NCBI GenBank assembly: GCA_000091205.1
Contig: AP006488.2
Direction: 5' to 3' (one strand)
DNA length: 64,000 nt
Origin: Cyanidioschyzon merolae
Taxonomy: Eukaryota
Shown one piece after another: positions 46,620-58,970 of the stretch. The notes below the pieces were generated by a model. It was not told the DNA's origin. It ran no database searches and was given only the letters and a program-made list of their open reading frames with translations. The first letter of the stretch is position 1, and each line of letters begins with the position of its first letter. The translations under genes and the position numbers were made by a program.

Positions 46620-49600
46620 TCCTCAACAATCTACTTTGAACTTTATCTTCCACTTGATAGAGTAGAAACACCCTGGCAACGCAGAGTGCACCGAAGAAGC
46701 TCCTGAAGTGCAGCGTTCGCGAACCTTCCTGATCGCCACGGGGGTGTTCTGTGCCTGGCAGGGAGCCCGAGCGGCTCCGCGGGCACCTCCTTTTTGCACA
46801 TCGACGCTTGCTGCCGTATTTTGCCTGGACAGGCGTCGCAAGGTACATAAAATTGGATTATGGACATCGACGAACAATACAGATCTTGAGATCTACTCGA
46901 AATCCTGACAACAGTTTCCTAAGGCTCTGATCTGCTCACTTGATCGAACCGCTGTGCGGCGTAAGCTCACAATGAACTGTAATGGGAAAACAAGATACCG
47001 AAAGAAGAACGGTACGAGCGTGCGCAAGAGAGAGATTCAGGTGTCTAGACACATGAAACCGTTGTATCGGATGTACCGCGGAGAGCTCTCGATATCAAGC
47101 TCTCCATATAGACAGGGTGCAAACGCTTGATACGTTTCCTATTGACTGCGCGTTCACATCGATTGGCGCTGAAAGCTCGTCGGGCCGTTTTCAGCGGCAT
47201 GCGCTCTTGGATGTATGGGAACACAGCATGCGACGACGGTTTGATGATGGAAAGAGGCATCTGGTAAAGATCCGATGACTGAAATGGAACACGCTGGAGA
47301 TCTTTTATAAACTTAGAAGACTGCTGCACGAGCGAGTATTCGAAGCCATGCTCACAAACACGAAATTTAGACTTGATTATATTGAACGGTGGAAAGCCAA
47401 TAAAGATCACCAATTGCCTAGAAATATCGTTTCTAACGGATATGTTGGGCGCAGCAGCTTTCTGGATCGCCTGACGGTACCGTAAAAGTGCCGTGCTCCA
47501 GGCGGGAATCCATGCTGCTGCTTCCTGGACATTGATTGTCTCTCACTGCAAACATCTCGCATTTCAGCGAAATGCTCACTTCTTGTGGCAAACGATTCTC
47601 TCATAAATCCGTCTCACGCAAAGCCGCTGGACGCTTCGGAAGTGCGAGTCATTTCCGAATGTTGATCGAGACGCTCAAGTCCCCGTGCACAGAGTGCTCG
47701 CGGGCCCTGCTGCTGGTGGAATCACAACATACCAAGCCTTTTGCCTTCGATTGCAACGTCGTTTTGCGCTCGTGCACCTCCCCGTATCCCTTCTGTTGCG
47801 TATGTGTCTGTTTCACCAGCCGCTCCTCTACTAGCTTTGAGCACGTGCCCGTGTTCGTTAGGTGCGAATGTCATGAAGCCTTTATCAATGGGTATTCTTC
47901 GGACCCGGTTCTTGCGCTCGTAGTACGCGTTCACCCGAGGAGCAAAAGAGTAGCGTCTGTGCCCGACAGCTGCTCCAGCACTATTGGCGAGCACCAAGTG
48001 ATATGGCCTGCCGGTCACTTCCTTTCCCATCTCATTGAACATGTTGGGGCATGCACGCTACCCGCGTCACTGCGACCAAAACTCTCGCCGCCCCGGCACG
48101 GTCTCATCTGCTCGTTCCAAATATCGTCCGCTGGAGACATTTGGACGCTCATCTGATCGCTGAATGAGGCGCTGAAAGCATCCACCTCTGCTCGATATCA
48201 ATGCCAGAGCGTCCAGGTGGGTCCCGATGTGCACATTCCATTTGATGGTACTTATTCTGACCTCCATCATGCATGGGTCCCGATTATACAGAACCCCTGG
48301 AAAAGTGAGTGGCCGCATCTGCTTTCCGTTCAGGTCCTTGACCTAGTACTATTGGTGAAGATACGTGGCGGCAACCGTGAGTATTTAAAACCCGATATAC
48401 TCACCCTCTTTGAAATCTTTCTTTTCTTATACCTTGAACAGTTGCAAGTGTGTCTCGTTGCTCGATTGCGGCCTAGATTTCACATAGTCCATGCAGAATG
48501 GCATTCCGTCGATCCCTGTCTTCAATGTGAATCCCATTAAATTTTCTCCCCGTAGGAGCGAAAACTTGAAGGAGCTCCGCCCGTGCTTTGCGCGAAGCTG
48601 TTCGAATGCTGCAGACTTGGTTGCAGAGAACATACATGGCGCCTTTGGGAGGGCATGAAGCACACTACAAAACTGGTTGCGGGCATAGAATGGTCCTCGA
48701 TGCGACTTATGCGACGTACACCGACAAAACCCGTGAGGAAGTGATGCCGCTCGGATTCGAGGCTAAAGACTGGTATGCCACGAAAAGCTCTGTTTATGAA
48801 ATCGATTTGGCGCAAGAAGCTTGGAGGGCCGGCATCACCTTTCAACCATCCTTAAAGATACAACATCCTAAGTGAAGAGATCTGATGCAACACGATGGGC
48901 GTCGGAGTTCTGGTTTGACGCTCACTTTCTTAGCGACACCCCCCACGGATACGCTCGAAAGCTGAATACATACGCAACTGCCAGCCCGCCATTCGCTTCC
49001 ATCGACATCCAAGGCACTTCTTCCATTAGCTCCCTGTTTCCGCTACCAGTGAGATTAGTATATTGCGCGCAAACGATGAGCAGCATGAAGCGCTCGGAAA
49101 TGACTCGGATCTGCCATTGGGTTCGAAGGATGGCTTTACATGTTAGGGTACCCGCGCTGAAGATGTTCAGAACGCCGGCGTCTCGCAGCTTCGTGCCAAA
49201 GTATTGCAGGGAGCGCGCGTACAAACTTTTGGTCCGAAGATCATGCTCTTTTGCATCCTCAGTCGCAAGGATCAGTTGCTATGTCGCGCGAATCTTTGAT
49301 CCGAAAATTTCCAGGGGAATATGGACTGCTGGTAGCCCGCGCCCGGGACTCGAACGAGCAGTTGCCAGACCAGGTGCGTCGAGGCGACGGAAACTTGCCG
49401 ATCCTTCTCCGGAAAAGAAGCATCGCGATCAACAGCCGAAACACAAAACTTACGCAAAGATTTAAACTTATTTCAGTGCTGGAATAGACTCAACTAAAAT
49501 GCAGGAAGGCATATTGAACGTTCTCGGAAATCTGCTCGCCAAACTCTCCATCATTCGCGGAAGACAGGTAGCATTCAAGCTTTTCTGGGCAGTTGAATTC

Positions 49601-50147
49601 TCCAAATATATTCCATCGCTTCCAAGAGTGACGATCAACCAAGTACGTGCCCTGCTAGGTCCTACGGCTTCTCGCAAGGAACGCGTCAAATCGAAAGCGA
49701 CTGGAAAGTTCTGGAGCCCCAGCGGCTGCCCGCTGCTTCACATTTATCGACGGGCCTCTAGGAACCCGAGTCGCAGATGAGCCGACAATTCTCGAAGGAT
49801 TGGCACGTCCGGAGCACGCGCCCTTGCGCTATCTGACGAGGATAGCGCAGGCCCTCTGCAGTAAATGTATGAACCACCCCTGTCTCTCACACGCTGCTTT
49901 TGATTTTCATAAGCACGTGAACAATCCACCAAGTTCTTCAAATATGGATCGTAGACAAAACGTGAAGTCCTACGTTGTCTAATAAAGTTCCATTCTAAAT
50001 GTTGGTCTTAAACATTCCGCGCGATCTTTTGAATTCCCCATCGAATGCGATGGCGCCATCCAAAACGAAGAGGTACCGATCGTCGCTGAGCCTATGCCTA
50101 GGACGTGAAGCGGTACCTAGCAACACTGTGCGACACGCGCCAGTATA

Positions 50148-52025
50148 TTGCTCGTGTATATTGAAGACTTCAAAAAGCCCCACAAACATTTTGGAATGAG
50201 CAGCTTGTACACCCGAAGCGTGACACCCAGTGAAGCGAGTACGAAGGATCATATGACCGAATTGGATAGCGAACGTCCGGTGGAAGACTACTCCCTGGGA
50301 TCTTTCGGGCGCCGAACGCTCGCAGAGCGGAACGAAGAAGGGACTAGCGCCTCTTACTCGGGACGTTATGATTCTCCCGAGACGGATAACGAGTGGCTCG
50401 AGTCGCAGCGTCTCGCCGAGGCCGTAACGGAACGGTCTCCAATACGGTTTCGGGTGCGCAACGCGAACTTGCTTCAAACGGCGCTGTCTCTGAAACCTGA
50501 GTCCGAGTCACAAACAGACAGGGTTGCTTTAGATCCTCCCGCTTTCTCAGACGGACAAGAGAACACTCATGCAGCTGAGCGCCCGAAGCAAAGCACATAC
50601 GCGCTTGGCAGCTGCGGTCGAGATTTGGGCGGCCTTGCCGGGCGAAACTCGACGTCTGCAGACGAGCCCTCGTTGGACGAAGCGTCCGATAAGACAAACA
50701 GGGAAGATGATCCGGACTCACTGCACTTGCAGGTCTCTGATGGTTCCAACCCCCAGCCGCTTTTGTCGAAAATGACGGTACTTTCGGATGAAGAGCCACA
50801 GCCTCGACGTATTACCAGCGAAGCGACGTCGCTCTCGATAGCCGGCACAGCAGCTGATGAACATCGTGGCATTGCACCACCTCTGATGGGCTCAAATTCC
50901 GTAGTTGCCAGTGCGGTAATGTCGAAGTCGTCGACAGTTTCCACATCAAGCACCCCCGTGAGCAGCAATTCCAACAACCGGCTCTCGTCGCGGCGGACTC
51001 TTTCTTGTGGTGAATGCGACAATTCACGGGAACAGCACAGTGAACGTGTTCGAAACTCGGCAAAATTGCAGGCGGATTCCTCCGATACGCCTGGATCGAG
51101 GCACGCAGACCTCCTTTGCGAAGAAGACGAGATTCTATCAGCTGTTCATGTAGATTGCTCCTCCACAGCGAACGTTGCCTGGCGAACGCTAACTCAGGCG
51201 GATGCTCATCAGCGTACCGCGAATGACGATCCACACTTAGACGCAGAGAATACGTCTCTCTCAACGATATTTCCGGATATACGCTCAGCAGAAGCAGTAG
51301 AATCGCTGCGGCAACAAATTCAAGATCTAGAGGCTCAACGAGCTCGTCTGTTGAGTGAACTCGATCTGATGCGTCTGAACATGGAACGTCGTTTCAGCGT
51401 AGTCGAGAGGGAAATCGCGGAGACAAAACTGAGCATTATTCGTTCTCTTTCCTCCGAGGGACGCTCCGAAAGGTTAGAGGTTTCCGAGTCTGCCGTTTCA
51501 GAGTTCCCAGCCGCGACGCAGATTGCGGTTCACGCGGATGGGTCTCGAATCGGGATACCCCACGAAAAATCCTGCGACGATCAAATTGCCGCCAATTCTT
51601 CGATGGAGCGTAACTGCATTCGAGAGCACCTTCTAGAGAGTAATTACTCGTTGACAGCAGCCCAAGTATCGTCGCTGGCTCCATCGAGGGTTTCTGATGG
51701 AGCAAAAAACCTGCGCATGACCATTGTCCAAGAGCTGCATAAGACGGATATATATGGAAACATGCTCAAAGCGTGGCAGACTGTCTTCAAGCCGGCAGGA
51801 AAGCATGTGGACTGGAACCTCTTTCGGATCGCAGTAATCAAGATATTGCGGAATCACTGGTTGGCCGATCGAAAGGTTAGCGACGCCGAAAAGCTCATGA
51901 CAACGTTCACTGAGCCTCCCGACGAAATCATTTATGCCGTATGGAAGGATATTGTCGGCGAACAAATGGGTGCAACGATGCAGTGGAAGCACTTTGTCGA
52001 TTTGTACGGAAGCATGGGAGTATGA
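50148..52025 (+). CDS. Hypothetical protein: S/T-rich low complexity with a coiled-coil segment (LRQQIQDLEAQRARLLSELDLMRLNMERRF)
   Basis: A 625-aa uninterrupted ORF with no recognisable domain. The start codon is uncertain. Confidence 0.4.
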   Translation: MLVYIEDFKKPHKHFGMSSLYTRSVTPSEASTKDHMTELDSERPVEDYSLGSFGRRTLAERNEEGTSASYSGRYDSPETDNEWLESQRLAEAVTERSPIRFRVRNANLLQTALSLKPESESQTDRVALDPPAFSDGQENTHAAERPKQSTYALGSCGRDLGGLAGRNSTSADEPSLDEASDKTNREDDPDSLHLQVSDGSNPQPLLSKMTVLSDEEPQPRRITSEATSLSIAGTAADEHRGIAPPLMGSNSVVASAVMSKSSTVSTSSTPVSSNSNNRLSSRRTLSCGECDNSREQHSERVRNSAKLQADSSDTPGSRHADLLCEEDEILSAVHVDCSSTANVAWRTLTQADAHQRTANDDPHLDAENTSLSTIFPDIRSAEAVESLRQQIQDLEAQRARLLSELDLMRLNMERRFSVVEREIAETKLSIIRSLSSEGRSERLEVSESAVSEFPAATQIAVHADGSRIGIPHEKSCDDQIAANSSMERNCIREHLLESNYSLTAAQVSSLAPSRVSDGAKNLRMTIVQELHKTDIYGNMLKAWQTVFKPAGKHVDWNLFRIAVIKILRNHWLADRKVSDAEKLMTTFTEPPDEIIYAVWKDIVGEQMGATMQWKHFVDLYGSMGV

Positions 52026-52575
52026 GCAGCACTTTTTCATAAGTTGAATGGCAACATCAGAGCGGCATCTCAGGAAATGCCTTTCTGGTGAGGCGAGGCA
52101 AAGCAGTTTGCGCACATGGTCTCGGCGCTCAGGAACCACGCATCAGCAGGTTTTTGCAGGTGCGTGCCGTTGCTTCGCATCAGGACTGTATGCAAACATT
52201 CATGCCGTCCCCCATCTGAGGACATCGCAGGTTTCCATGAACGAAGCCCCTCCCGGCCGCTTCAAGGTGCCTTTGCGTGGCTTCCAGAATCGGGCGGACA
52301 TCCTCATGTTCACATTTACGTAGAAAGGGTAACCAGTGAATCGATAGAAGAGTGCTGCTGTGCTCTAGAGCAAGTATGACAATGTACGGCTTTCGGGGAA
52401 TCGTTTAGACGACCCAAAAAGAAGAGAGCTTGGCTGGCATGTGCAACCTGGGTACATGAGCTATATGCAGCCGCCCACCGGCGACCAAGTTATCCCTCTC
52501 GGACGCTGATCCAGAGGTACCGATGCTAACTTTTAGATCCATCCCAGATACGTTTGCAGATTTGGCCAAAAGTCC

Positions 52576-54906
52576 CTATTCAGGGTCACGTCGGATTCCC
52601 AAGGCTCTATCGATTGCAGCAAGCAGATCTACGTCACTCCGATGACGGCCTTGAGCGCCCTTACCAGGCTTACCGTGCAGGGGCTCTGCATCGGTATCTG
52701 CTTTTGAACCATTGCTGGCCTCTCTTGGGGCATCTAAGCGCTGCAACGGGCGTGCATCCAGCCCCTGCCTTTGTGTTCGCGATGCAAATGATGCCGGGCT
52801 CGGAATGCTCGATGAGGAATGCTCAGAGGCAACCGCTTCTGTAATCCGATCTGGAGGACGCGGCGGTTGCGTGGACGCCCTTTGAGTGATCAAGAGTTGC
52901 CGAACCATCTCGCCCAGTGCCTTGCGCTGGCTCTCGTTCATCGGATGGAGGGTGCTCAACAGCGACGTTGCCGACATTCTTGCCCGTGAATTCTGTGGCA
53001 TCTCACGAGCGAATACGACAGCTTGCGCAATGGCTCTCAGGCGCTCTTGCATGAGACGTTGCTCCAGGGCCTCGAGTGCTTGCTGCTGCATCTCTGGAGT
53101 TAGGTTCGGCATCACGAGTACTCGTTCCTTAGCAGCTTCGGTCATTTGTAAGAAGAACGGGTCCCGTCGCAGCCACTCTACAAGGTCAGGAGCAATCCGA
53201 TGTCGCATAGTTTCCTGAACCACCTCCCGGCCTGGAGTCAAAAGTCCCGTTCCATGCCCCGCATTCGCTCCACTAGCGGGCTGTGCGCTCTGCCTGGAAA
53301 CAGCACCGAGAGGGCTCGGCATGCTTGCACGATACTGGAGGGAGCTCAACCGCTGTGGGATTCCCGCAGAGGCTTGACTCGATTTGCTCTCAGCAGCCGC
53401 GTTCGCCACCTGATTTCGTTCTGTGGAAGCTGCGTTGGAGGCCTCGTCCGGCACACTGTTTCGCCGTTGCACAAGATCAGAGAGTTGGCTTCGAATCGAT
53501 GATGGCCCGTTGGACGCCGAGGAAAGCGACGCGGCGACTGCTCTCTGCGTGCTCGTAGGCGCTTGATGGAGACGCGGTAGCAACTGGCGACTTGGGTCAG
53601 TCCAAAATGTGCCGGGCTGAGCAAAAAAGCTTTGACCGTGGAAGATCCCATTCGTGGTTCTGTTCTGCGAGAGCTGCCGAGGGTCTATGAGCCATGATGA
53701 GCCGAAAGAACGTTTGCTCTGTAACCGCAAAATCGCATGGGCAATCGTATTCGTTGATGCTGGCAGAAGCTCCTCTTTTGTAGAGAGCTGCTCTTTGGCG
53801 GGGTGCACGTAGCCTCTCGCACTGGTTACCTTTTTCTTCATAGCCGGCGGTAAAGTCATCTGCATGATTCTCTCCCAAGACATGTTCAGATACAGAAGAC
53901 GCGCAAGGGGATCCAACCGATCCGGCATGCTCTCTGTCTCAGCGCTATTCGGTTTTGACGCATATGGTATCCGCGGCCAAAAATACTTGCGGTGAAAGGC
54001 TCGGCATTTGGCGGCCTCTGTGGCAACATTGCCCGCCGTGATCCGGGAGTTGGTCTCAGCGATACCAGCGTTCCTCGTCACTTTGACAGTTGAAAGTGCA
54101 GCAAAGCTCCGATACAAGCTCAAATCTGCGTCTACCGGAGCAGTGTGATGCTGCTGATCACGATTGCCGCTGATCGCACGCGCAGACTGCATTCCGTGCA
54201 TGAAGAGCAACTGCGAGTCGTACACTTTCCCTACACGCTTTGCATGTCTGCCGAAACGCGTTTTTGGTGCACCATCCTCGTCATCCAGAAGCTGAGAGAA
54301 ATAGATTTCAGGAAACTCAAACGAAAGCACGACATTATGCAGATCGCTGTCGCACATATTGCGCTGGAACTGCGTGGCGACGTTCGTCACCTGCTTGGCA
54401 CACTCATTGAGGAGCGGAACCCATCGATCTGGGCAGCAGCGTAATATATGCTCATAGACCCGGGACTCGATTACAGGGCGGCGGCAGTTTTTGCACACAT
54501 ACAATACAGGGCTGCGAGTCATAAAAATGTCGACATCCTCCAGCGCAACGCTGGGAGGCATGGATAGCTTCTGCGCGAGCTTCGCATCGTCTACGCTATC
54601 TCCCTCGACGGTGCTATCCAAGTACCAAGAATCGAGTCTATCCTTCAGAAACCCAACAAAATCCACGTTTATCTCTTGTCCACACGGAAGTGTTGCACAC
54701 AGTTCCTCAGAGAGGAAACTTATCCTCCTTTTCTTCTCAAGCGGGTACTCGTGGCTTTTCGAAATTTGTGGCGGAGGAGGACGTTTCCGCTGTACTTTAT
54801 CAGCAAAGCAGCGAGCAAGCGCACGGGCAGAAACGCAAACATCGGCTTCATCGGACAGTTCTAGGAGCTCGTGCATGATTTGCTTTTCTGAAGCGTCAAA
54901 ACCCAT
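52576..54906 (-). CDS. Protein with an Sgf11-type C2HC zinc finger (SAGA deubiquitination-module Sgf11/ATXN7L3-like) and a long Q/S/A-rich low-complexity C-terminal half
   Basis: CKNCRRPVIESRVYEHILRCC fits C-x-N-C-x-R-x-[IV]-x2-SR-[FY]-x2-H-[LI]-x-[KR]-C, as in ATXN7L3 ([20 protein letters not shown]). The ORF is 776 aa. The start lies 89 bp from the left edge of repeat R1 copy B. Confidence 0.45.
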   Translation of the reverse strand: MGFDASEKQIMHELLELSDEADVCVSARALARCFADKVQRKRPPPPQISKSHEYPLEKKRRISFLSEELCATLPCGQEINVDFVGFLKDRLDSWYLDSTVEGDSVDDAKLAQKLSMPPSVALEDVDIFMTRSPVLYVCKNCRRPVIESRVYEHILRCCPDRWVPLLNECAKQVTNVATQFQRNMCDSDLHNVVLSFEFPEIYFSQLLDDEDGAPKTRFGRHAKRVGKVYDSQLLFMHGMQSARAISGNRDQQHHTAPVDADLSLYRSFAALSTVKVTRNAGIAETNSRITAGNVATEAAKCRAFHRKYFWPRIPYASKPNSAETESMPDRLDPLARLLYLNMSWERIMQMTLPPAMKKKVTSARGYVHPAKEQLSTKEELLPASTNTIAHAILRLQSKRSFGSSWLIDPRQLSQNRTTNGIFHGQSFFAQPGTFWTDPSRQLLPRLHQAPTSTQRAVAASLSSASNGPSSIRSQLSDLVQRRNSVPDEASNAASTERNQVANAAAESKSSQASAGIPQRLSSLQYRASMPSPLGAVSRQSAQPASGANAGHGTGLLTPGREVVQETMRHRIAPDLVEWLRRDPFFLQMTEAAKERVLVMPNLTPEMQQQALEALEQRLMQERLRAIAQAVVFAREMPQNSRARMSATSLLSTLHPMNESQRKALGEMVRQLLITQRASTQPPRPPDRITEAVASEHSSSSIPSPASFASRTQRQGLDARPLQRLDAPREASNGSKADTDAEPLHGKPGKGAQGRHRSDVDLLAAIDRALGIRRDPE

Positions 54907-54994
54907 TGGACACTAACAACGCGATTGCGCTAGGAAACGAGCGCTTCCCGCGCCGCGGCGGGCCTCCCGACAGTGCCCCGTTGCTGCCCAGTTC

Positions 54995-57095
54995 GAGGCA
55001 AATCGTCCCGCCACCACCTCTCCACAAATATGAGCACGCTTTCGCTTCTGGCAGAGGCAGCCCCAGGTTTCACACACTACTCAAGCTCCGGCGTTGTCCG
55101 AAACACACTATCCTACACACTGCTCCCCAGCAGCAGGCGCGGAGACTGATGATCGTCTGGTCGGCCGCACGGCGCGCGGTGCCATGCACTGGAATCGGTA
55201 GGCAGCAGGTACCACAGCCTGCAGCGTATACGATTAGAAGCGGCTATACTGAGCTATGGAAAACGAGGTCTATGTTTTGTTGCAGCGAACCTCAGCCATA
55301 AATTGAGTATTCCCCATGAAAACCAGGAACGTCCGTTCCAGGCAGAGCTTGCAGACGTTTGTTGTTTCGACGGTAGGTTTACCACGACGCGCATAAAAGT
55401 ATTCCGCTCAGGTGCGGGCCACAAACACAGCCTCGAGCACAGTGCTCCTGCGAGCCGCGAGCGCCTTGATAACGTGTTGAGTAACGGGAGCAACGCGAAC
55501 ACAGCGGCGATGTGAACAGAACGTGCAGTCCTGCGGCCTGTCGCGCGCGAGATAGCGCTGTAAGAGTCGCGGTGTCGGGCTTTTTCGCGGACGCTCGCGT
55601 GAGGCCGAGTCTCGTGCAGCGCCCAGCGACAGACCACGTGCACTCGTGCACTCGACTGCGCGCTGCTGCCTGCATGTGCAGCACCAGCTCGGATACCAGC
55701 GTCAATGCCAGAGCTATCGAAACGCCAGGCTAGGATGGGCCAGTGAAGCGCTCGCTCTGTGCCTGCCTTTTGAACATTTCCCCGACTTTTCCTCGATACA
55801 CGGCCTCGACATTCAATGTGCGGCTCTAACTGCTACTCGACTCAATGTTAGAGTTAGAATCCTCGGTCGTGTGTTCAGGGCGGCTCGTTTGACTCCTTTC
55901 TCCTGGCATTCGTGGCGCCAACGGAATCAAGATGACTCGGGGCGCCGTCGAACACGCGTTGGTGGCATATCCGAAAATATGGTTTTCCGGTTCGAGCGCC
56001 CAAGCGTCCACGCTTGTCCTTGCCTAAAATGTAGCCTGCCCGGATCACGCATGCTTCGCGTACTCAATGGACCTGCTTGGAGGCCACCCGTGGGCACGGC
56101 AATTTGTGCAGATGGATTTGCGAGGCGGACAACTCGACGTCGTGCCCTGGCGACATGCTCGCAGGCTCATGCCGGGCGTTCACTTTACTTGACACGCCGA
56201 ATGGTGGATTCGGTTCGAGAGACCGATCGTGCGCTGCTTGCGGCCGTCGACGACTCGGCATTCGACAGCAGCATGGTACCTCTCAGGGCTGGTACGCTCG
56301 CAGATGTTCCTGTCTCCCCTGTTCGGACTGCAACGAGACTTGCACCGGGCCTCGAGGCACCGCATGGATCGCTCTCAGCAGAGCGTGCGTCACTGCTGAG
56401 CACGAAGCGAGTGCAGAGGGGTCGACACTTCTGGATCGACAGTTCTTAATCGAGCTCGTCTGTACTGATATCCCAGAACTTGCATCGTCATCGACAACAT
56501 TGCGTTCCGCAAATGCTTTGTCGAACGGAGCAACGAACGCATTCGTATGCAGCGGTTAGCGTACTCGCCGAGTGATCGCCAAGAAGAAGCGGATCATCAT
56601 CGCAGGGTCCGGCATCTGAAGCTGAGCCCGAGGAGGGCATTGACGGGTGTCGTCTGTAGCCATAGAAGGCATGCACTGAGCGACGGAGCTGGTGTCCTCG
56701 TCCCCCAGAGCAGCCCACGGAGGGGCAGGCACAGTGGACACACAGGAATCGCGGATCACGGTGATGGGTCCGCGCTGCAAAGCGCTTACCTGGGCTGTTT
56801 ATAGAAGAGGTGCACGAATCGAGTGCGGCATGGACCCGAACTGCTGCCTGATGATGAAATGCGTTCGCGAGAGCGGGAAGCAGTAGAATCGGGGCATGCG
56901 CGTTGCTATCAGCAGACCTCGACTGCTGAGACTGAACCATGAGGCACCGGAGAGACCTGCTCATTTCAGGCGGGGGATGAGTTAGAGAGCGATGAAAAGG
57001 TATCGGTTGCTGGAAAGCCCGGAGAGACTTGTAATGATGACAGTGGGAACTGACCGATTGTTTATGGTGCACACCTGCTTTAGCGTAGTTGGACG
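54995..57095 (+). repeat. Repeat R1 copy B (full-length, ~2.1 kb)
   Basis: See copy A. Its right end diverges slightly earlier than in A and C, after tagcgtagttggacg. Confidence 0.9.
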
Positions 57096-57305
57096 TCTCT
57101 AATTTTGTCTCATATAGATATAAATCAAGTTTACCCATTTCGGAGACAAGATTTGCTTGCGGATCGCAGCCGCCGCTCCCTATTCGTTGACACCGGGCCA
57201 TACGCTGCCCACTAGAGTTTGCGAAAAGCTAGTTCGAGCCCGTACGTCTGCTAGGAACTGACTCAAACAGGCAGTTGATATCGGTTTCCTAGATCTCGCA
57301 GGGCT

Positions 57306-58970
57306 ATGTCACCTGCGTTGTCTAAAGACGCACATAGTCCGGTGCGACGGGTGCGCAAAGTGGCGGGCAAGTTCTGGAACAAGGGAACATATGGGGCTTG
57401 CTCGGATCAAGTGGAGCAGGAGCGCCGGCGCTCGCAGCTCGAGCATCGCGGACGGCAAATACCACGAAAGCGTTGTCTTAGAGACAGAAAAGGCAGAATA
57501 GGGAGGTTTCGGAAACACTATTTGTCAACTGAAGAGCTTTCACGACTTGCTGCTTACCAAAACTCCGGAACTGATCTTAGTATCACGTATCGTTATGTCC
57601 TGTCACCGATCTACGCGCGGTTGGTAGAGCTGCTACCAAAGAGCATCGCGCCCAATTCCGTGACGCTCGCTGGGTTGGTTTTTACAGTAACAGGGCATCT
57701 CGCGGTCGTCTTCCTTGCCTGCGATGGAGGTATACGAGATATCAAATCTCTTGCACAGTGGGTGCTGCACGCAAAACTTGGATTAACTGGCGAACCAAGC
57801 AATATTTTGAAACGCTCCCCGAACGATTCGTATGTCGTTTCTTCGCTGCTGAGTATGCCGGAATCATGCGCCAGTGGTAGCTCAGCGAGAATCGCATATG
57901 GATTCAGTGCGTTCTGTCTCGGCATGTATCAGCTTCTTGACAATCTGGATGGTAGGCAAGCCCGCCGGACGGGTTCCTCTTCCCCTCTAGGCCATTTTTT
58001 TGATCATGGATGTGATGCACTGAATGTTACATTTGCCGGCCTCACGTTCGCGCTGACTGCTCAATTTGGTTGGTCTCTTTGGACGACAGTGCTGCTTCTC
58101 TTCGTTGGAATGATGCCTTTTTTCTTCGCTACTTTGGAGGAATATTTTAGTGGTGCGCTTGTGCTACGCGAGATTAACGGCCCAAACGAAGGCTTGCTTC
58201 TCATGCAGCTTCTCACGTGGCTGACGGCTATATGGGGCCCGGCGTTCTGGAAAAGATTAGTGGTGGTTCCAGTCTTTCCGAGCAGCATTTTCTCCAAGCA
58301 TATATGCTTGCCGTCGGCTGTGATTTCTATCCTAAGCAGTGGCGGTTACCTGGAAATTGCTCTAAGTCGCTCCGAATGGTCCATGTATCATGAGATGCTC
58401 CGAAATAGACGAGCGGTTGCCTTACCGCTCAATCGTCTGTTTTTTCTTTTCACATTGCTTCCAGTGCTACCCACAGTAATCTCGAATTTTATCACAATCT
58501 TTAGGAACGGCAGTCAACTCTCAGAGTCTCAAAGAAAACTTCGACGGAGGCATCTCGTTCGTCTCGCGGTGGCCTATTCTTTTCCATTTTTTACGCTAGC
58601 CATTGCGATGATTGGCTGGCCATTGTGCTCGCCCGCTGTGGTGCTTGCCAATGGACTATTGTATCATTGGCTCTGCGGGTTGACCTTTTTTTACATCTGT
58701 AGCAGACTGATACTGGCACATTTAACAAGTTCAGTGTATGGAAGTGCTTTCCCTGCTCTGATCCCCTTGTGGGCTGGTTTTCTGAACGCTTTACTTGGCC
58801 GACCTCTGCCAGAGTTCCTAGTGCTCCTGACGTCATTTCTCTTCATTCTGTTCATAGTGTCGCGTCGCGTTGTTGGGGTGGTCCGCGAAATAAGCACGTT
58901 CTTGGGAATCCGACCGTTCTCGATTGTTGGCGCCTCTTCTGAAAGGATGCACGGTACGGATAGCCGCTAA
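57306..58970 (+). CDS. Choline/ethanolamine phosphotransferase (CDP-alcohol phosphatidyltransferase family; CPT1/EPT1/CEPT1-like)
   Basis: The CDP-alcohol phosphotransferase motif DNLDGRQARRTGSSSPLGHFFDHGCDAL fits D-G-x2-A-R-x8-G-x3-D-x3-D. The N-terminal YRYVLSPIYARLVELLPKSIAPNSVTLAGL resembles CEPT1. Several TM helices follow. Length is 554 aa. Confidence 0.8.
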   Translation: MSPALSKDAHSPVRRVRKVAGKFWNKGTYGACSDQVEQERRRSQLEHRGRQIPRKRCLRDRKGRIGRFRKHYLSTEELSRLAAYQNSGTDLSITYRYVLSPIYARLVELLPKSIAPNSVTLAGLVFTVTGHLAVVFLACDGGIRDIKSLAQWVLHAKLGLTGEPSNILKRSPNDSYVVSSLLSMPESCASGSSARIAYGFSAFCLGMYQLLDNLDGRQARRTGSSSPLGHFFDHGCDALNVTFAGLTFALTAQFGWSLWTTVLLLFVGMMPFFFATLEEYFSGALVLREINGPNEGLLLMQLLTWLTAIWGPAFWKRLVVVPVFPSSIFSKHICLPSAVISILSSGGYLEIALSRSEWSMYHEMLRNRRAVALPLNRLFFLFTLLPVLPTVISNFITIFRNGSQLSESQRKLRRRHLVRLAVAYSFPFFTLAIAMIGWPLCSPAVVLANGLLYHWLCGLTFFYICSRLILAHLTSSVYGSAFPALIPLWAGFLNALLGRPLPEFLVLLTSFLFILFIVSRRVVGVVREISTFLGIRPFSIVGASSERMHGTDSR

